64,000 nucleotides of DNA, taken from assembly GCA_016748015.1 (NCBI GenBank), contig JAAOMT010000586.1:186001-250000 (forward strand). Direction: 5' to 3'. The stretch comes from Geosiphon pyriformis uo1. Its lineage: Eukaryota > Fungi > Glomeromycota. How positions within the stretch are numbered: the stretch's first letter is position 1; each line of letters begins with the position of its first letter. The position numbers and the translations under genes were made by a program. The notes beneath the pieces are model-generated. The model did not search any database and had not been told where the DNA came from. It saw only the letters and a program-made list of their open reading frames with translations. Below, one piece after another: positions 1 to 12,644 of this stretch.

Positions 1-19
1 TTACCTACTATCCAAAAAT

Positions 20-1385
20 GTGAAATTTGAATGGACTGAAGCACAACAAAAAGCTTTTGAGTATCTTAGACAAAAGCTCATTGAATCACCAATAATGATT
101 TATCCAAATTTCAACAAAAAATTCATTTTGGCCACAAATGTCTCTGGAACTGGACTTGGAGCCATTCTGTCACAAAAAGATGATAATGGAAGAGAATGTG
201 TAATTGCTTATGCTAGCAGAAGTCTCAGTATGGCAAAGCAAAACTATGCAGTACACGAACTTGAATACTTAGCAGTAGTTTGGAGTTGTGTTCACTTTGA
301 TACATATTTACGGTACTAACTCTTTGAGATTACCACAGATCATAAAAGTCTGGTCTGGTTAAATAACAAGAAAGTGCTAAAAAAAAAATACACCAGATGA
401 TCACAAATATTAGTACCATACAATTATATTATCAAATACAAAAAAGGTACCAAAAATGCTAATGCTGACTGTTTGTCAAAAATAAGACACACATAAAAAT
501 CACCAACCCACCCACAACAACAACAATGAACAACCACTTTTACAAAAACCTCAGCCAATACTTGGAAACACTATAAATAGACAAAGAAATGCCAGTAAAA
601 GAGCTAATTAAGCTCGAAAAATTAGCAAAACACTATTTTATCCAAAATCACATACTTTATTACTAGAATCAACAAAATCTAGATAATCTATTAAGAGTTA
701 TAACTATGAATAAAAAAGAAACTATTTTATTTAACATGCACTCAGATATTTATTCAGGCCACTTTGGAAAAACAGCAATCATCCAATGTGTAACTAGCTG
801 TTACTATTGGCCAAAAATGAGTTCAAACATAATCCAATACATAAGAAATTGTGACCCATGTCAACAAAAAGAAGGAGTAAAAACAATGGAATTATTAAGA
901 CCAATAAAAGTTGGACAGCCATTTAACAGAATTGAAATTGATTTAGTTGGACCCTTACCAATAACAACAAGAAACAACCATTATATTACAATAGCTGTGG
1001 ACTATTTCACCAAATGGCCAGAAGCTAGAGCTATTAAAACAGCTAATGCTATTTCCGTAGCTCAATTTGTACATGAAGACTTAATTTGCTGGCATCTTAA
1101 AAAAACTTAGCCAAAAATTTGGAATCAAGCAACCACTGTCATTACCATACCACCCACAAACAAATGGGATAGACCATTTTATATTCACAAAATACTTGAA
1201 AATGGAGCATACAAACTAAAACTAGATGACAAAATATTAAGAAAAGCAGCACATGATAACTGGCTGAAATTCTATTACAGTAAACCAGTAATAACAACAA
1301 AGACACCCAGAATTGGAACACAATTACCTTTAATTTTACCAGAACAAATTCCATAAGATTTAGAACCAATAGTTTTAATTGAACA
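20..1385 (+). pseudogene. Gypsy pol remnant (RNase H, integrase with an internal deletion, GPF/SH3 tail)
   Basis: Pol motifs are interrupted by stops and frameshifts. The YHPQTNG motif is fused directly to the KWDxPF motif near 1160. Confidence 0.85.
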
Positions 1386-1443
1386 TTATTCAAAAAAATA
1401 ATTAATCTTAAATCACAGCAAAAATGATTTAACAACCATAAAA

Positions 1444-2154
1444 ATGCATACAAAAGATTCCAAAATAGCAGTCAAAATTAAAACAATGATACTTATTTCA
1501 GAAAACATCAACAATATAACTCAACAATTAGTTGAAAGCTTACAACAATTAAAATCCGATCTGGAAATCACAATTAATAGCTCCAAAATAACATACATAA
1601 AAAGAACAATAGAAAATCCAAAAACAAGAAAAGAACATAACTTTGAACCATATAATATTACCAAACATAACAACAAATTTATCAGCAAAGTTATTGAAAA
1701 ATTAGAGATAGCATTGGGCAATACATTAATAATGGAAAAAATAGAAATAAGTGAATTAACATCAGACACATTTAACAACTTGAAAATGAAATTTCCAATT
1801 AACTACTGTTATTATCAACTAGGAAAGTACTTAAACATACAAACATTATACTCAAAAGACTTAACTAGAGTGTTTGACAAAACAACAATCCAACTATTAG
1901 AACCTTTTATTGGAAAAACCAACACTACATTCCATTCAAAAACAGTTTACAGAATTTTCAAAGCATTTGAAAACTGTCACAAACTATTATTGGACCCAAC
2001 CATGAACATAATAATAACCAACAGTATTAGATGATTTACCAACTTGCAATTTCAAGAATTACAACAACAAATTAATAACACAGTATTGAACCACTATAGT
2101 AACTTAGAATTTAATGAAGAAATTAACTTCGATTTTGATGGAGCTCAATCTTGA
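1444..2154 (+). pseudogene. Extra ORF3 of Gypsy element, ~236 codons, unknown function; one internal TGA at 2032-2034
   Basis: The 196-aa ORF continues in frame to ...FDFDGAQS* with the stop overlapping the PPT. It is homologous to the ORF at 62781-63440. Confidence 0.8.
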
Positions 2155-2167
2155 AAGGAGGGAATAA

Positions 2168-3042
2168 TGTTATGGTTTAAGAATTTAGCAAAAAAATCAT
2201 AAAAATAATATAAACTATTCAATCATAATATAGCACAGTAATAATCTTAGAAAGATAATGATTAACGTAATAGTAAACACTATTTTGTGATAGTGGCAAG
2301 CACCAGTTCATAATAACAGCCAATACCAACTGGTGATAGCAGCAAACACCAGATTGAAATATCAAAAAGAAAGTATTACAATGTGTTTTCTTGTAGAATT
2401 ACAAACATGTATATATATAGTAGCTTTAATATTAAGAAAAGTCAATAAAGTAATAAAAATCATAACTTATCAAGCAATAGATTCAATTTATCCAACAAAC
2501 TCTACTTTAAATTGTATCTTTAAATTAAATATCCCAAGAAATCTTTAAATCAAAAAAAAAATGAAAAAAATATTTAAAACTGAATTATTACAACCCCAAA
2601 GTAGTAAGAAACTTATTTGTATTAATTATTAAATGAAACTAACATTCATTAGTTGAATTCTTTGGAAGAATAATTTCTGATCAAAATTATTCACGTTGTT
2701 ACTAATTGATAAAAGCTTTATTGTGAGAATTAAGAAAAGTGCTAAAGACCATTAACATTCCGTGTTTCTAGATTAGAGAAACACATTAGACAATTGCAAG
2801 GATAGCCTCAGAGAAAACTCCAGACAGCAAGTAGATTTCAGCTCAGCCTCTGAAAAGAAGTACATAAACATACACAACAATCAAGAATTGAAAAATAACT
2901 TATATCGCAACATTAAAGAGAAAGCCTTCAGTATAACAAGTGACATTATCACACAAATAGAATTGAGGAACTCACAAAAAACTGATTATAATTAAAATGG
3001 GATATTAGCAATTAAATATACCAAAAAAACCATCCTGTAACA
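2168..3042 (+). repeat. 3' LTR, type C (875 bp)
   Basis: Starts with TGTTA 3 nt after the PPT and ends in TAACA. TATA-like TATATATAG near 2410. Abuts gag sequence of the host element. Confidence 0.75.
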
Positions 3043-4731
3043 ACATCTCTTGCTGCCATAGCTGATTGAATAATGATGAAAAACATGACTGATTTTGGAA
3101 GTAATTCACATTTTTAGAATTATTGCATCATTGGAGTGGCTGATAAATTGTATGATTATTAGCTAAGTATCCTTCTAATTTCTGATTAATTGAATTACTA
3201 AGTTGTTTCAATTTGGAATCCAAGTCAGATAATTTATTTATAACTAGGTTTATGGCTTAGGTGTGGTTAGCTTCTAATTCAATGACTTCAAAATCTCTAG
3301 CATTGGTGATTGTAGCTTGTAAGTTGGCTGGATGCAGTAGATGTATGCATTGCAGAATACTGCTGTATAATTTGCAAATAAATTGATTTAGGATTTGAGC
3401 CACTGTAAAATAATCAGCATCAATTGTTTGTATCTGGCACAAATTCTTATGGAAGCATTTTAAGTAAGTGATAACAGCTTCAGTTTTCCCTTGTTTTATG
3501 GTAGTAAAGGTGTTGGCTAACCAGTTGATGCTGTTATTGTTGTTGAAGTATCACAGAAATTCAAGCTTAAAGACATTGAAATCTTGGGGTTTGTTGGCCA
3601 AGCTTTGATATCAAGAGTCAGTGGTATCCTAAAAAAAATAGAAAATTGCTTGCATAATTCTAGCATTGTTTTATCTATTGGCTGTGATGGCTTTTTTCAC
3701 ATTATTTAACCATACTTGGGCGTCATTCTTTTCACCAGTGAATTTTTTGAGTTTTGCTATTAGAACATAGACTATTGGATCCAAGTTTGGTTGTTGTGAT
3801 TGTTGAAGAAATAATTGCTAAGATAATATTGGTGGTTGTTGAAGTTGTTTAGCAATTAAATCAATTAGTTGTTAATTGATAATGATTTCTGAAGGTAAGT
3901 TTTGCTGATTAATTAACTCAGAGTTTGGATTGTTTGGAGTTTGCTGGGTTTGAATATTTGGAGTTTCAACTTTCAGATTTTTTGCAATCAGATTTTGATA
4001 ATTCAATTTTTAATCCTCTTTTTCCTTTTTTTTTAATGTCATTATCTCTCAAGAACTTGCAGTTCCGAAATCTGGTGGAGGTGGCAGAGATCAAAATCCT
4101 GATGGCATTGGTAATTGTGATTTAAATCCTTTAAAGTAATTGCCATAGGTTCTTAATAGTTCTGCTTTCTTTTGTTTACTTTAAAATAAGAGTTGTTCAA
4201 ATGTTGATGTTGTATTTAATGTAGATGCATTTGTTAATACAATGTTGATGGTATTTCCGGATATATAATAATATGATGGGTATAGTGAAGATTCAATTTT
4301 TTGTTTCTTTTATGTTGGTAATTGTATTCCTTTTAGTGTTGCTATTGGTGTTTGTAATTTCTCTTTGCCTTTATTTGCATAGGTAATTGGGTATCTTTTC
4401 TGAATGTGATTTTCAATTTCTTTGTTGATTTTAGTAAGTATTGCTGTGAAATTATAATTCACTGGTAGGCTGGTATTTTGGATTAATTTGTTGTAGAAAT
4501 TTCATCTAACTAAATTAGTTTTTACTGGTACTTCTAGCAAATATGAAATTTTTTTGTTGACATATAAATTGAAGGCTGATTCTGCTGATAAGTAATTGTT
4601 GGTTAATCCCAAATGTTGACAGTAATATTGAAACAAAGATTTAGTGAATTCTAAATAGTTTGTCCCTATTTTTTCTGGTTTTGCTACTTTTGGATGATTG
4701 TGTATTGGTGCTAGTTCTCTGTAGAATTATA

Positions 4732-4748
4732 CCTCACAGGAAGTACCA
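4732..4748 (-). promoter_or_regulatory. Primer-binding site (TGGTACTTCCTGTGAGG)
   Basis: TGG-initiated sequence 2 nt inside the LTR. The near-identical TGGTGCTTCCTGT occurs at 14871-14883. Confidence 0.8.
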
Positions 4749-4750
4749 AA

Positions 4751-5593
4751 TGTTATAAGTGATTATTTGGGGTCTCAAATCAAATAACAAACTCATAACT
4801 TGGTGCTCAATTGTTATTACAGTTGATAATATCTGAAGATGTTGTAATCTGAAGGGTTTGGTTAAGTTTTTTGTATAATGAACAAAGATTTAATTAATAG
4901 TTTTATTCATAGCTTCCCAAAACTACAGTTTTGTTAATTTTTTTTTCACCATAATAGCCAGTAATTCTTCTGGAAGATATTCTTAATTCTGAGTATCTAC
5001 CCTTATTTCTGGGTCTTTTACCAATGCTATATTTTGATATCAGTATCTTTGTATGTAAATCTTTTTAAGCAATTTAGTAAAATAACAACAAAAATAAAGC
5101 AAAAAAAAGAAATAAGAAAATAAGCCAAGACAATTTACATATTAGTATCTTATCAATAGTCATGATCAAGAGCTATTGTTTTAGTATAGTTAAGTATATA
5201 TTACTATTAACATAAAGTGTTAATAGTGGAGAGTGAATTGAGATAGTGAATAATTATTTATTGATATTTGTGTTATGACAAAATTGCTTAGATTAAATCT
5301 AAACTGAGAGATCTGTTTTTTTTTATTTCTAATATTATTGTTATATATACATAATTGAGATTCCTTAATTTTTCAATTTTTCACACCAGAAATCCTAGAA
5401 TTCCTGAAATCCTGCAATTTCTTTGAAAGAAATCCTGGAATTTTGGAATCTTGTAATTCCTCATATGAGAATCCTGAAATTCTTGGAATCCTGCAATTCC
5501 TTTAAGAAAAATTCTGGAATTTCATATTTACTATGTCTACTTCTAATTGGCTAATTTATGTGCTAATATACTTCCTATATTCTATGAATAACA
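4751..5593 (-). repeat. LTR type A (5' LTR)
   Basis: Aligns with the copies at 6115, 11817, 33511 and 61839. Contains a CCAAT box, a GGAATTCC/GGAATCCT repeat array and a TATA box. Confidence 0.9.
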
Positions 5594-5860
5594 GTGTCTA
5601 TGCTATTTAACAAGGTGGTTCAGTTGCTTGGTATTATTAAGTCTTTACCAATTAGTTTTGATAGATATAAGCCATGTTTTTTTTTTTGGTTTAGATAATA
5701 ATATATGTATTAACATAAGTATATAATGTTGTCTTTTCTGGCTTAAGTGGCTCATCACATATAGTAAAAGCATGAGTTACATCTAGTTTGAGCCATTTAG
5801 TCTGGTTCTATATACTAAATAGTAGTTGGGTTTTATTTAATAAATAATTATTAAAAAAAA
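5594..5860 (+). mobile_element. LINE 3' terminal fragment with A-rich tail
   Basis: Aligns with the 3' end of the LINE at 57700-57954 (GGTGG..CAGTTGCTTGGTATT.. and the TGGCT..CACATATAG..GCATGA 3'-UTR motif). A-run at 5853-5860. Confidence 0.7.
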
Positions 5861-6114
5861 GTTTTATTTAGTTAAAAACACTTATTTTATTATATTAATA
5901 CCAGAATAAATTATTACATAAAAAAGAAGAAAAACTACATAACATAAAACTTTAATTATAAAGAAATCTATTATAATATACTATAAAAAAAGCAACAAAA
6001 ATAGCTATAATTACTGTTTAAATTCATCACAAAATTAAGCAATATGTTAACAAAAATTATCTAATATTTACAAAAAACATTAGAAAATATATCTACTATT
6101 TTAAAATTAACTAT

Positions 6115-6955
6115 TATTACAAATAATTATTTAAGATGTTAAAACAAATAACAAATCTGTAATTTGGTGCTTAATAGTTAAAAATATTGATAATTTCTGA
6201 AGGTTTTGGTTGAGTTTTTTGTATAATAAGCAGAAATTTAATTAATGATTTCTTCTGTGAATTTCTTTTTTTAATATAATAATCAGTTTATTCTAGCAGT
6301 TGTGTTTTTTTGGTAAGCTATTTTTAAGTTTTCTATTCTTGTTTCTGGGTTTTTTACCAAGCTATTTTTGATGTCAAATACTTAGTGCTTAATTCTTTTT
6401 TTAATTAATAAACAACAAAAAATAAAAAATAAAAAAAAATAAAAAATTAATATTCTGTTAATAGTCATAATTAAGAACTATTGGTCTAGTGTAGTTAAGT
6501 ATTAAATTCTATTAATATTTTATGTTGATAGTAAAGAAAGTGATTAATATTTTTAATTAAACAATAATAACATAAATTAAATGTTAATTAGATGTTTTAT
6601 TGATATTAATACAGTTTTATTTTAAGTTATAAAAAACTATCTTTTAAAAGAAGAGATATTGTTGTTCTAAACTAATTTGAATTCTATTGAATACTTTTTC
6701 TGCTTTTAAAATTCTTACTATATATACATAATTCATATTATACAAGATTCCTTGAAATTATTTAATTTTTTTGAAAAAAATTCTAAAATTTTGGAATTTT
6801 GGAATTCTGTAATTTCTTAAAAAAAATTCTGGAATTTTGGAATTCTGGAATTCTGTAATTTTTTAAAAAAAATTCTGGAATTCTTCTTTTTACTATGCTT
6901 ATTTCTAATTGACTATTTTACTTATTATTATAATTCTTAATTTCTATAAGTAACA
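6115..6955 (-). repeat. LTR type A (3' LTR) followed by an eroded PPT
   Basis: Homologous to the other type A LTRs. Ends GTAACA, then TTATTCTATTTTTTTAATATTGAGC, an eroded version of the PPT/ORF3 end at 62768-62792. Confidence 0.85.
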
Positions 6956-6989
6956 TTATTCTATTTTTTTAATATTGAGCTTTGTTGAG

Positions 6990-7087
6990 ATCTCTTAAAT
7001 CTCTTAAATCTATACTACTATACAAGTGAAATTCCAATTTAATGGCAGTTTTTTTGGAATATCTGAAATTAAATTTTGTATTAGTAT
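6990..7087 (-). pseudogene. dUTPase remnant of a Gypsy pol, downstream piece (upstream piece at 15542-15645)
   Basis: Removing 7088-15541 and one GTAT gives an in-frame ..IMPKCIHNTNTKFNFRYSKKTAIKLEFHLYSSIDL. This reverts by transitions to HDTDAGFDLRY (dUTPase motif 1). Confidence 0.6.
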
Positions 7088-7750
7088 TGTTATGGATTGG
7101 AGTAACAAGTTAATGAATAACAAGAGAAAACAAAATTGTACAATAATGAAATTAATCAAAAAGAATTTAACTTTAAGGAGTAAATTAAATAAGTATAGAT
7201 TCAATATACAAGATTAGTCTTATAAAATATCTTAATTACTAATCTTTTCAAAAAATAATTAGGAAATTTAAAAATAAAAAGATAGTTTATACTGTTAACA
7301 AATAATAACACACTAGTATAATTCTATGTCTTATGTTAGCATTTTTAGAATTTAATATCAAGTATTAGATATACTCTTTAGTTATATTATATTTAATAAT
7401 CTTCAAATGTTACAATTATACAAGTTAGAAAAAAAATAGATAAATGCCAACAAGTAATTTTTTATTCTAAGATGTTTGAATATTTAAAAATAAGGAAAGA
7501 AGAATAAACAATAAAAAAAAATTAAGATAATAGTTGTTATTTTATTTATTTTTGATTAATTGCTATATGTTTTGTTATATCTAAAAAACTCATTGCTTAT
7601 ATAGCTATTAAAAATGATTAATAATTAAATCAACAATTAAGTCAATGATCAGATCAATGATTACTATCTAAAAATAGGATGGCTAATTATATGACATTAG
7701 TGGCTAATATCTGTGATAATTAATAAAAATTATGGATTTCAACTATAATA
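7088..7750 (-). repeat. 3' LTR type B (663 bp)
   Basis: Aligns end to end with 14890-15541; differences are almost all transitions. Confidence 0.9.
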
Positions 7751-10700
7751 TTATTTTTTTTAAAGAGATTAAGCTCCAACAAAATTAAGCTATTTATAAA
7801 ATAATCTATTTAAAAAATTTTGTTTAGCTTAAAGCTAACTAGTTTGTTAAAATTTTTTGTGAATAAGATATATAATACCTAAAGTAAAATAAGTTTTGTA
7901 TTTAAGAAACTAAATTTTTGTATAAAAATTTTGGCTCTTTTTGCAATGGTCAAAACTTTTGGAACATCTAATTATATAATATCCAAAATTTTTATCTGTA
8001 TTTCTAAAATTGTTTTTTTTATAAACTTTATGTCTTTTATAATTTCATCAAAATAACTATAGAGTTTTGGTTGCTTTTTATATGATAAGTTTTTGTTTAT
8101 AGACAAGATTTTTTGAATTGTTTTTCTAATTGTGTTAAAAAGTGAAAGTATTACTGCTGTTATACTTTTTAACAAATATATATCTATTTTGTTTCCAATT
8201 TTTTCTTTTCTAATAGTAGTTTTTTTTGGTTTAATAACAATATAGGTTTTATTGTTATCAGTTATAGTGGTTTGTTTTACAATAGTCAAAGTAATATTTA
8301 GATAATTTTTGATTTAATATAAAGAGTATAAAAAGTGTTTTAAATGTTTTAATCCAGAAAATAATTGTTTATATTGATTGAAAATATTTCTGTTTTGAAA
8401 ATAATATATTTATTTATATCTGATTTTTGTTGATCATTTGAGCTAGTATTATCACAACAGATAACCAATCAGATTGTTTGTGATATTTCTTGAATTACAT
8501 ATCATAAATAGGATAATTATTAAAGATTGTTCTATATTGATCTTATAAGATATATAAATTATTGTTTAAAACTTTGTTGATTATAAAGAGCCTTTTCCAC
8601 TGGCTCGAAAACTTATTACTATAAACATTGTCTCTGTTTGAGCAATATTTTAAAACTAAGTTACCAATATTTAAAGAAAGTGTTTTATAAGTTTTTTTCT
8701 TTTTAAGCTTTTTTTGAAACTGTTTTATCTTTTTAAAGACAATTATTTGTGTTTCTACTAAGAAGTTAAGAATAATACCAAGTTTTTTTTGCAAAATATT
8801 TTTGTAATTCCTTATTGTTATTTCTTTAAAAAATATTGTTTTAATGTTAGTTTCTATTGGTAAAGTTACTATTTGTCTATAAAGCAGATAAAAAGATTCA
8901 TAACTTGTTATGTTATGATTCACAGTTCTGTAAGCAAACAAAACTGAAAACAGAACTTTGTTTTATATATTTGTTTTTTTACTAATTTTGGTTAAGGTTT
9001 TATATAGTGTTCTGTTAAAACATTTTACTAAGTCATTTGTTTAAGAATAATAAGGAAAAGAAAATTTGTAACATATTTCTATTTTTCTACAAAGTTTTTC
9101 AACTAGTGTACTAAAAAAAGCTCTTTTTTTATTAGATAAAAGTTTTTTGAACAGTTATGACAACAAATAATATTTTTATATATGAAATTTGCAATTAAAA
9201 CTGCTATTTGATCTAAAATAGCTCTTGCTTCTACCTATTTTGTAAAATAGTCAATAGCTATAATAATATATTTGTTGTTATTAAGGATTACTATTAAAAG
9301 TTCAACAACATTTATACCAATTCTGTTAAATAGTTAACTAACAGAAATTGAATGAATATTTTTTTTGCAATTGGTTTTTTCTCTTTTTTGGCAAATATTA
9401 CAGATTTTAATGTACTTAACAATGTTTTTTTCCAAGATAAGCCAATAATAGCAAGCTAAAGTTTTCTGAATTGTTTTTGTTTTCCAAAGTGTTTAATTAA
9501 TAAATTAGTGTGCATATTATATATTACAATTTCTTTTTTTTTAAATCTGATAACTCTTTAGAAATAGTTAAAATTTTTTCTGTTTTTTTTATATAACTGG
9601 TTTTGGTAAATCAAATAAAAATTTGATTGTTTTCACAATTATTTTTTTTCCTGTCAATTGTATTCTGGTGAATATTGTTTTTTATCCAAAAATTCTATTA
9701 ATGCAAAGTAGTTGTCTAAGTCTATTATTATGTTGTTTAAGAAAAAGTTACTAATAATTAGGTTGGTTTGGTTTGTGAAGATTGTACTATCACTGGATAG
9801 TAAATTTGGAAAAAGCATCAGCATTTTGATAATTTGCTTCTTTGTAATGTTGAATATTATAGTTAAAATTATTCAAATAAAGTATCCAATGAGTTATCTT
9901 TTTGTGTTTCAGTTTTTTTTTCTTACATAGTCAAACCAAGGCTTAATAATCTGTTATCATTAAAAATTTTACACCAAAAAAATATTTATCTCAATTACTA
10001 ATAGCCCAAACTACTGCTAAGCATTCCTGCTTAATAACTGAATAGTTTTGTTCTGCTGATGAAAGTGTTCTATTTGTATATACTATAGCATGTTTCTTGC
10101 CATCTTTATTTTTTTGTAAAAGAATAATACCAAGTCTATAACTAAATATATTAGTATAGAGAATAAAAAGTTGATTCAAATTAGGTTGCATGAGGATAAG
10201 TTCTGTAACCAATTTTTTTTTCAAAGTTTCAAATGCTTTTTGTTAATGTGTATTTCAGTAATAATTGACAATTTTTTAAGTAGCTGATTAAAAAAAAACG
10301 ATTTTGGAAAAATTCTTAATGAATTTGCAATAATAGAAGGCCAATCCAAAAAAAGAGCATAATTCATAAACATTTATTGATTGTCTAATGTTCTGGACTT
10401 TTTCAACTTTGGCTGAATCAAAAAAAATTTCATCTTTTATAATAAAATAACCAAGAAACTAAGTAAATTAATATTCAAAGAAAGATTTAATAAGATTGAT
10501 CTTGAGACCAACATTTCTGAGAAGATCAAAAATCTTTTGTAAATGTTCAAAGTGTTTATCTCAGGTTTTTGAATATACCATTATGTTGTTCAAATAAACT
10601 AGAACAAAGTTTTTTTTTATTGATTTAAATACTTTGTTTATTAAGCATTGAAAAATAGAAGAAGCATTAGTAAAACCAAAAGACATGACTATAAATTTAT

Positions 10701-11816
10701 AAGGTAATAAAAGCAGTTATTTTTTTGGTTTCTGGATTTATTTTTACTTGCCAAAATCTAGCAGTTAAATTAATGGTTGAAAAGAAAGCAGCACCATTAA
10801 ATTGGTCTAATATTGTATTAATTTTAAGAAGTAAGTACATATCTCTTTCAGTAATAGTATTTAATTGACAGTAATTAACACAAAAGCATAGGGTTTTACT
10901 TTTTTTGGATACTATTACAACTGAAAATGCTTATTTGCTCTTGGTTTTTTGTATAAATTCAAGATTTTTTATTTGGTTTATTTCTTTCTTAATAAATTTA
11001 TTATTGTATTGATTGAACTAATATGGCTTTAGATAGATAGAATGAGTTTTTTTAATAGTAATAGTATGTTGTATTACATGGATATGTCTAGAAATATTAC
11101 CTTTTTTTGAGATAACTGGATTGTTTTTAGCCAGTAGGTTTTTAATATTTATCTTTTTTTCTTTTAAAGAGGTTTTTTTTTGCTCTATTATTAATAATTG
11201 TATTTCTGGTAGTTTATTTTCAAAAAACTTTTGTACTTTTTTTATCTTTTTTTTTGGTATTAAGCTAATAAGTTTTCAATTTTTGTAATAGATCAGACAA
11301 AATTTGCATTTATTGCTAAAAAAATACAGAAGTTTATTACATCAATATTGGGCACAAGAGCCATGCTATTAATAGTTGTATTTGGCTTTCTTACTAGATT
11401 TTTGGTTAAAGATTCTTCTAAGCATATCATAATAAGACCAATAAATTATTTTGTTATTTACAATAATTTTTTTTCTGTTTGTTTTGACATTATTTAATGG
11501 CTTGCTATTATTAGTAAAGATAATATAAATAAGTTTAACAATTTTTTTTTGTTTTTTTTTGTTTTTTTTTTTATCATTTTTTTTATTATCTGATTTATCT
11601 AATTGTTTTTTTTTTGGTTCTGCTTGAGCGCTGAAAAAGTTGTCTAATAATAATACTTAATTACAATAGGCTTTTTATTACATTTGATAGTTAATTTGCA
11701 TAGTTTATAATTAAGTAATGCTTTTGCTTTCTTGAATTATTCATTGTCAACAATAATAGTGTATTTTTTGGTTTTAGAAACTTCCATATTAGTTTTAATG
11801 CTAATACCATTGATGT

Positions 11817-12644
11817 TGTTACTTATAGAATATAGAAAGTATATTAACATATAAATTAGCCAATCAGAAGTAGAATTTCTCTTAGAAAAATTGCAAGCTT
11901 TCAGGAATTTCAGAATTTTTGTATAAGGAATCACAGAATTTCAGAATTCCAGGATTCCTCTTAAAGGAATTGCAGAATTCTAGAAATTGCAGAATTCCTG
12001 GTGTAAAGAATTAAAAAATTGAGGAATCTTAGTTATGTATATATAGCAGTAGCATTAAAAATAGAAAGGACAAACTTCTTAGTTTAGATTTGATCTAAGC
12101 AACTTTTCTATTTCCAAATATTAATAAATAATTATTCACTATCTCAATTCATTCTCCACTATCAACACTTCATGTTGATAGTAACTGATACTTAATCACA
12201 CTGGAACAATAGCTCTTGATCATAGCTATTAACAGAATATTAATTTTTATTGCTTTGGCTTATTTTTTATTTATTTTTTTTATTTTTTTTATTCTTTTTT
12301 GTTATTTTTTTCATTTTATTAATTGATTAAAGATTAAAAAATGCTGAGTTACAAATGTCATAGGGACTGGTAAAAGACCCATGAAACAAGAGTAGAGAAC
12401 TCATAGATTTGAGAATAGTTTATCAAAAAAATTACCAACTACCATGCTAAAAAAGAAATTCAATAGAATTGTGATTTTGGAAAACTACTGAAACAACAAT
12501 TAAATTTCTGTTCATTATACAAAGAACTTAACTAAAACCTTCAAATACAAACAACTTACAGATATTACCAATGTTATTAAGCAAATTAGCACCAAGTTAT
12601 GGGTTTGTTATTTAATTTGAGACCCCAAATAATCATCTGTAATA
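11817..12644 (+). mobile_element. Solo LTR type A inserted in the protease region of element B; TSD ATGT
   Basis: TGTTAC...TGTAATA termini. ATGT at 11813-11816 and 12645-12648. The flanks rejoin to VFVYINGISIK. Confidence 0.9.

Larger units (their letters stand above)
1..3042 (+). mobile_element. Ty3/Gypsy LTR retrotransposon, 3' part (RT/RNase H, integrase, ORF3, PPT, 3' LTR type C); degenerate
   Basis: ORF 20-319 has the RT-RNase H signature (FILATNVSGTGLGAILSQ..IAYASRSL..ELEYLAVVW). ORF 706-1110 has integrase HHCC and core motifs (GHFG..YYWPKM..CDPCQ..IDLVGPLP..AVDYFTKWPEA). PPT GAAAGGAGGGAA at 2153-2164. LTR TGTTATGG...CCTGTAACA at 2168-3042. Confidence 0.9.
3043..5593 (-). mobile_element. 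Gypsy element type A, 5' part (5' LTR, PBS, gag remnant), interrupted by the element at 1-3042
   Basis: Gag-like fragment 3257-3442 (YFTVAQILNQFI..LQATITNARDFE..EANH). PBS at 4732-4748. LTR at 4751-5593 with TGTTA..TAACA termini. Confidence 0.85.
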
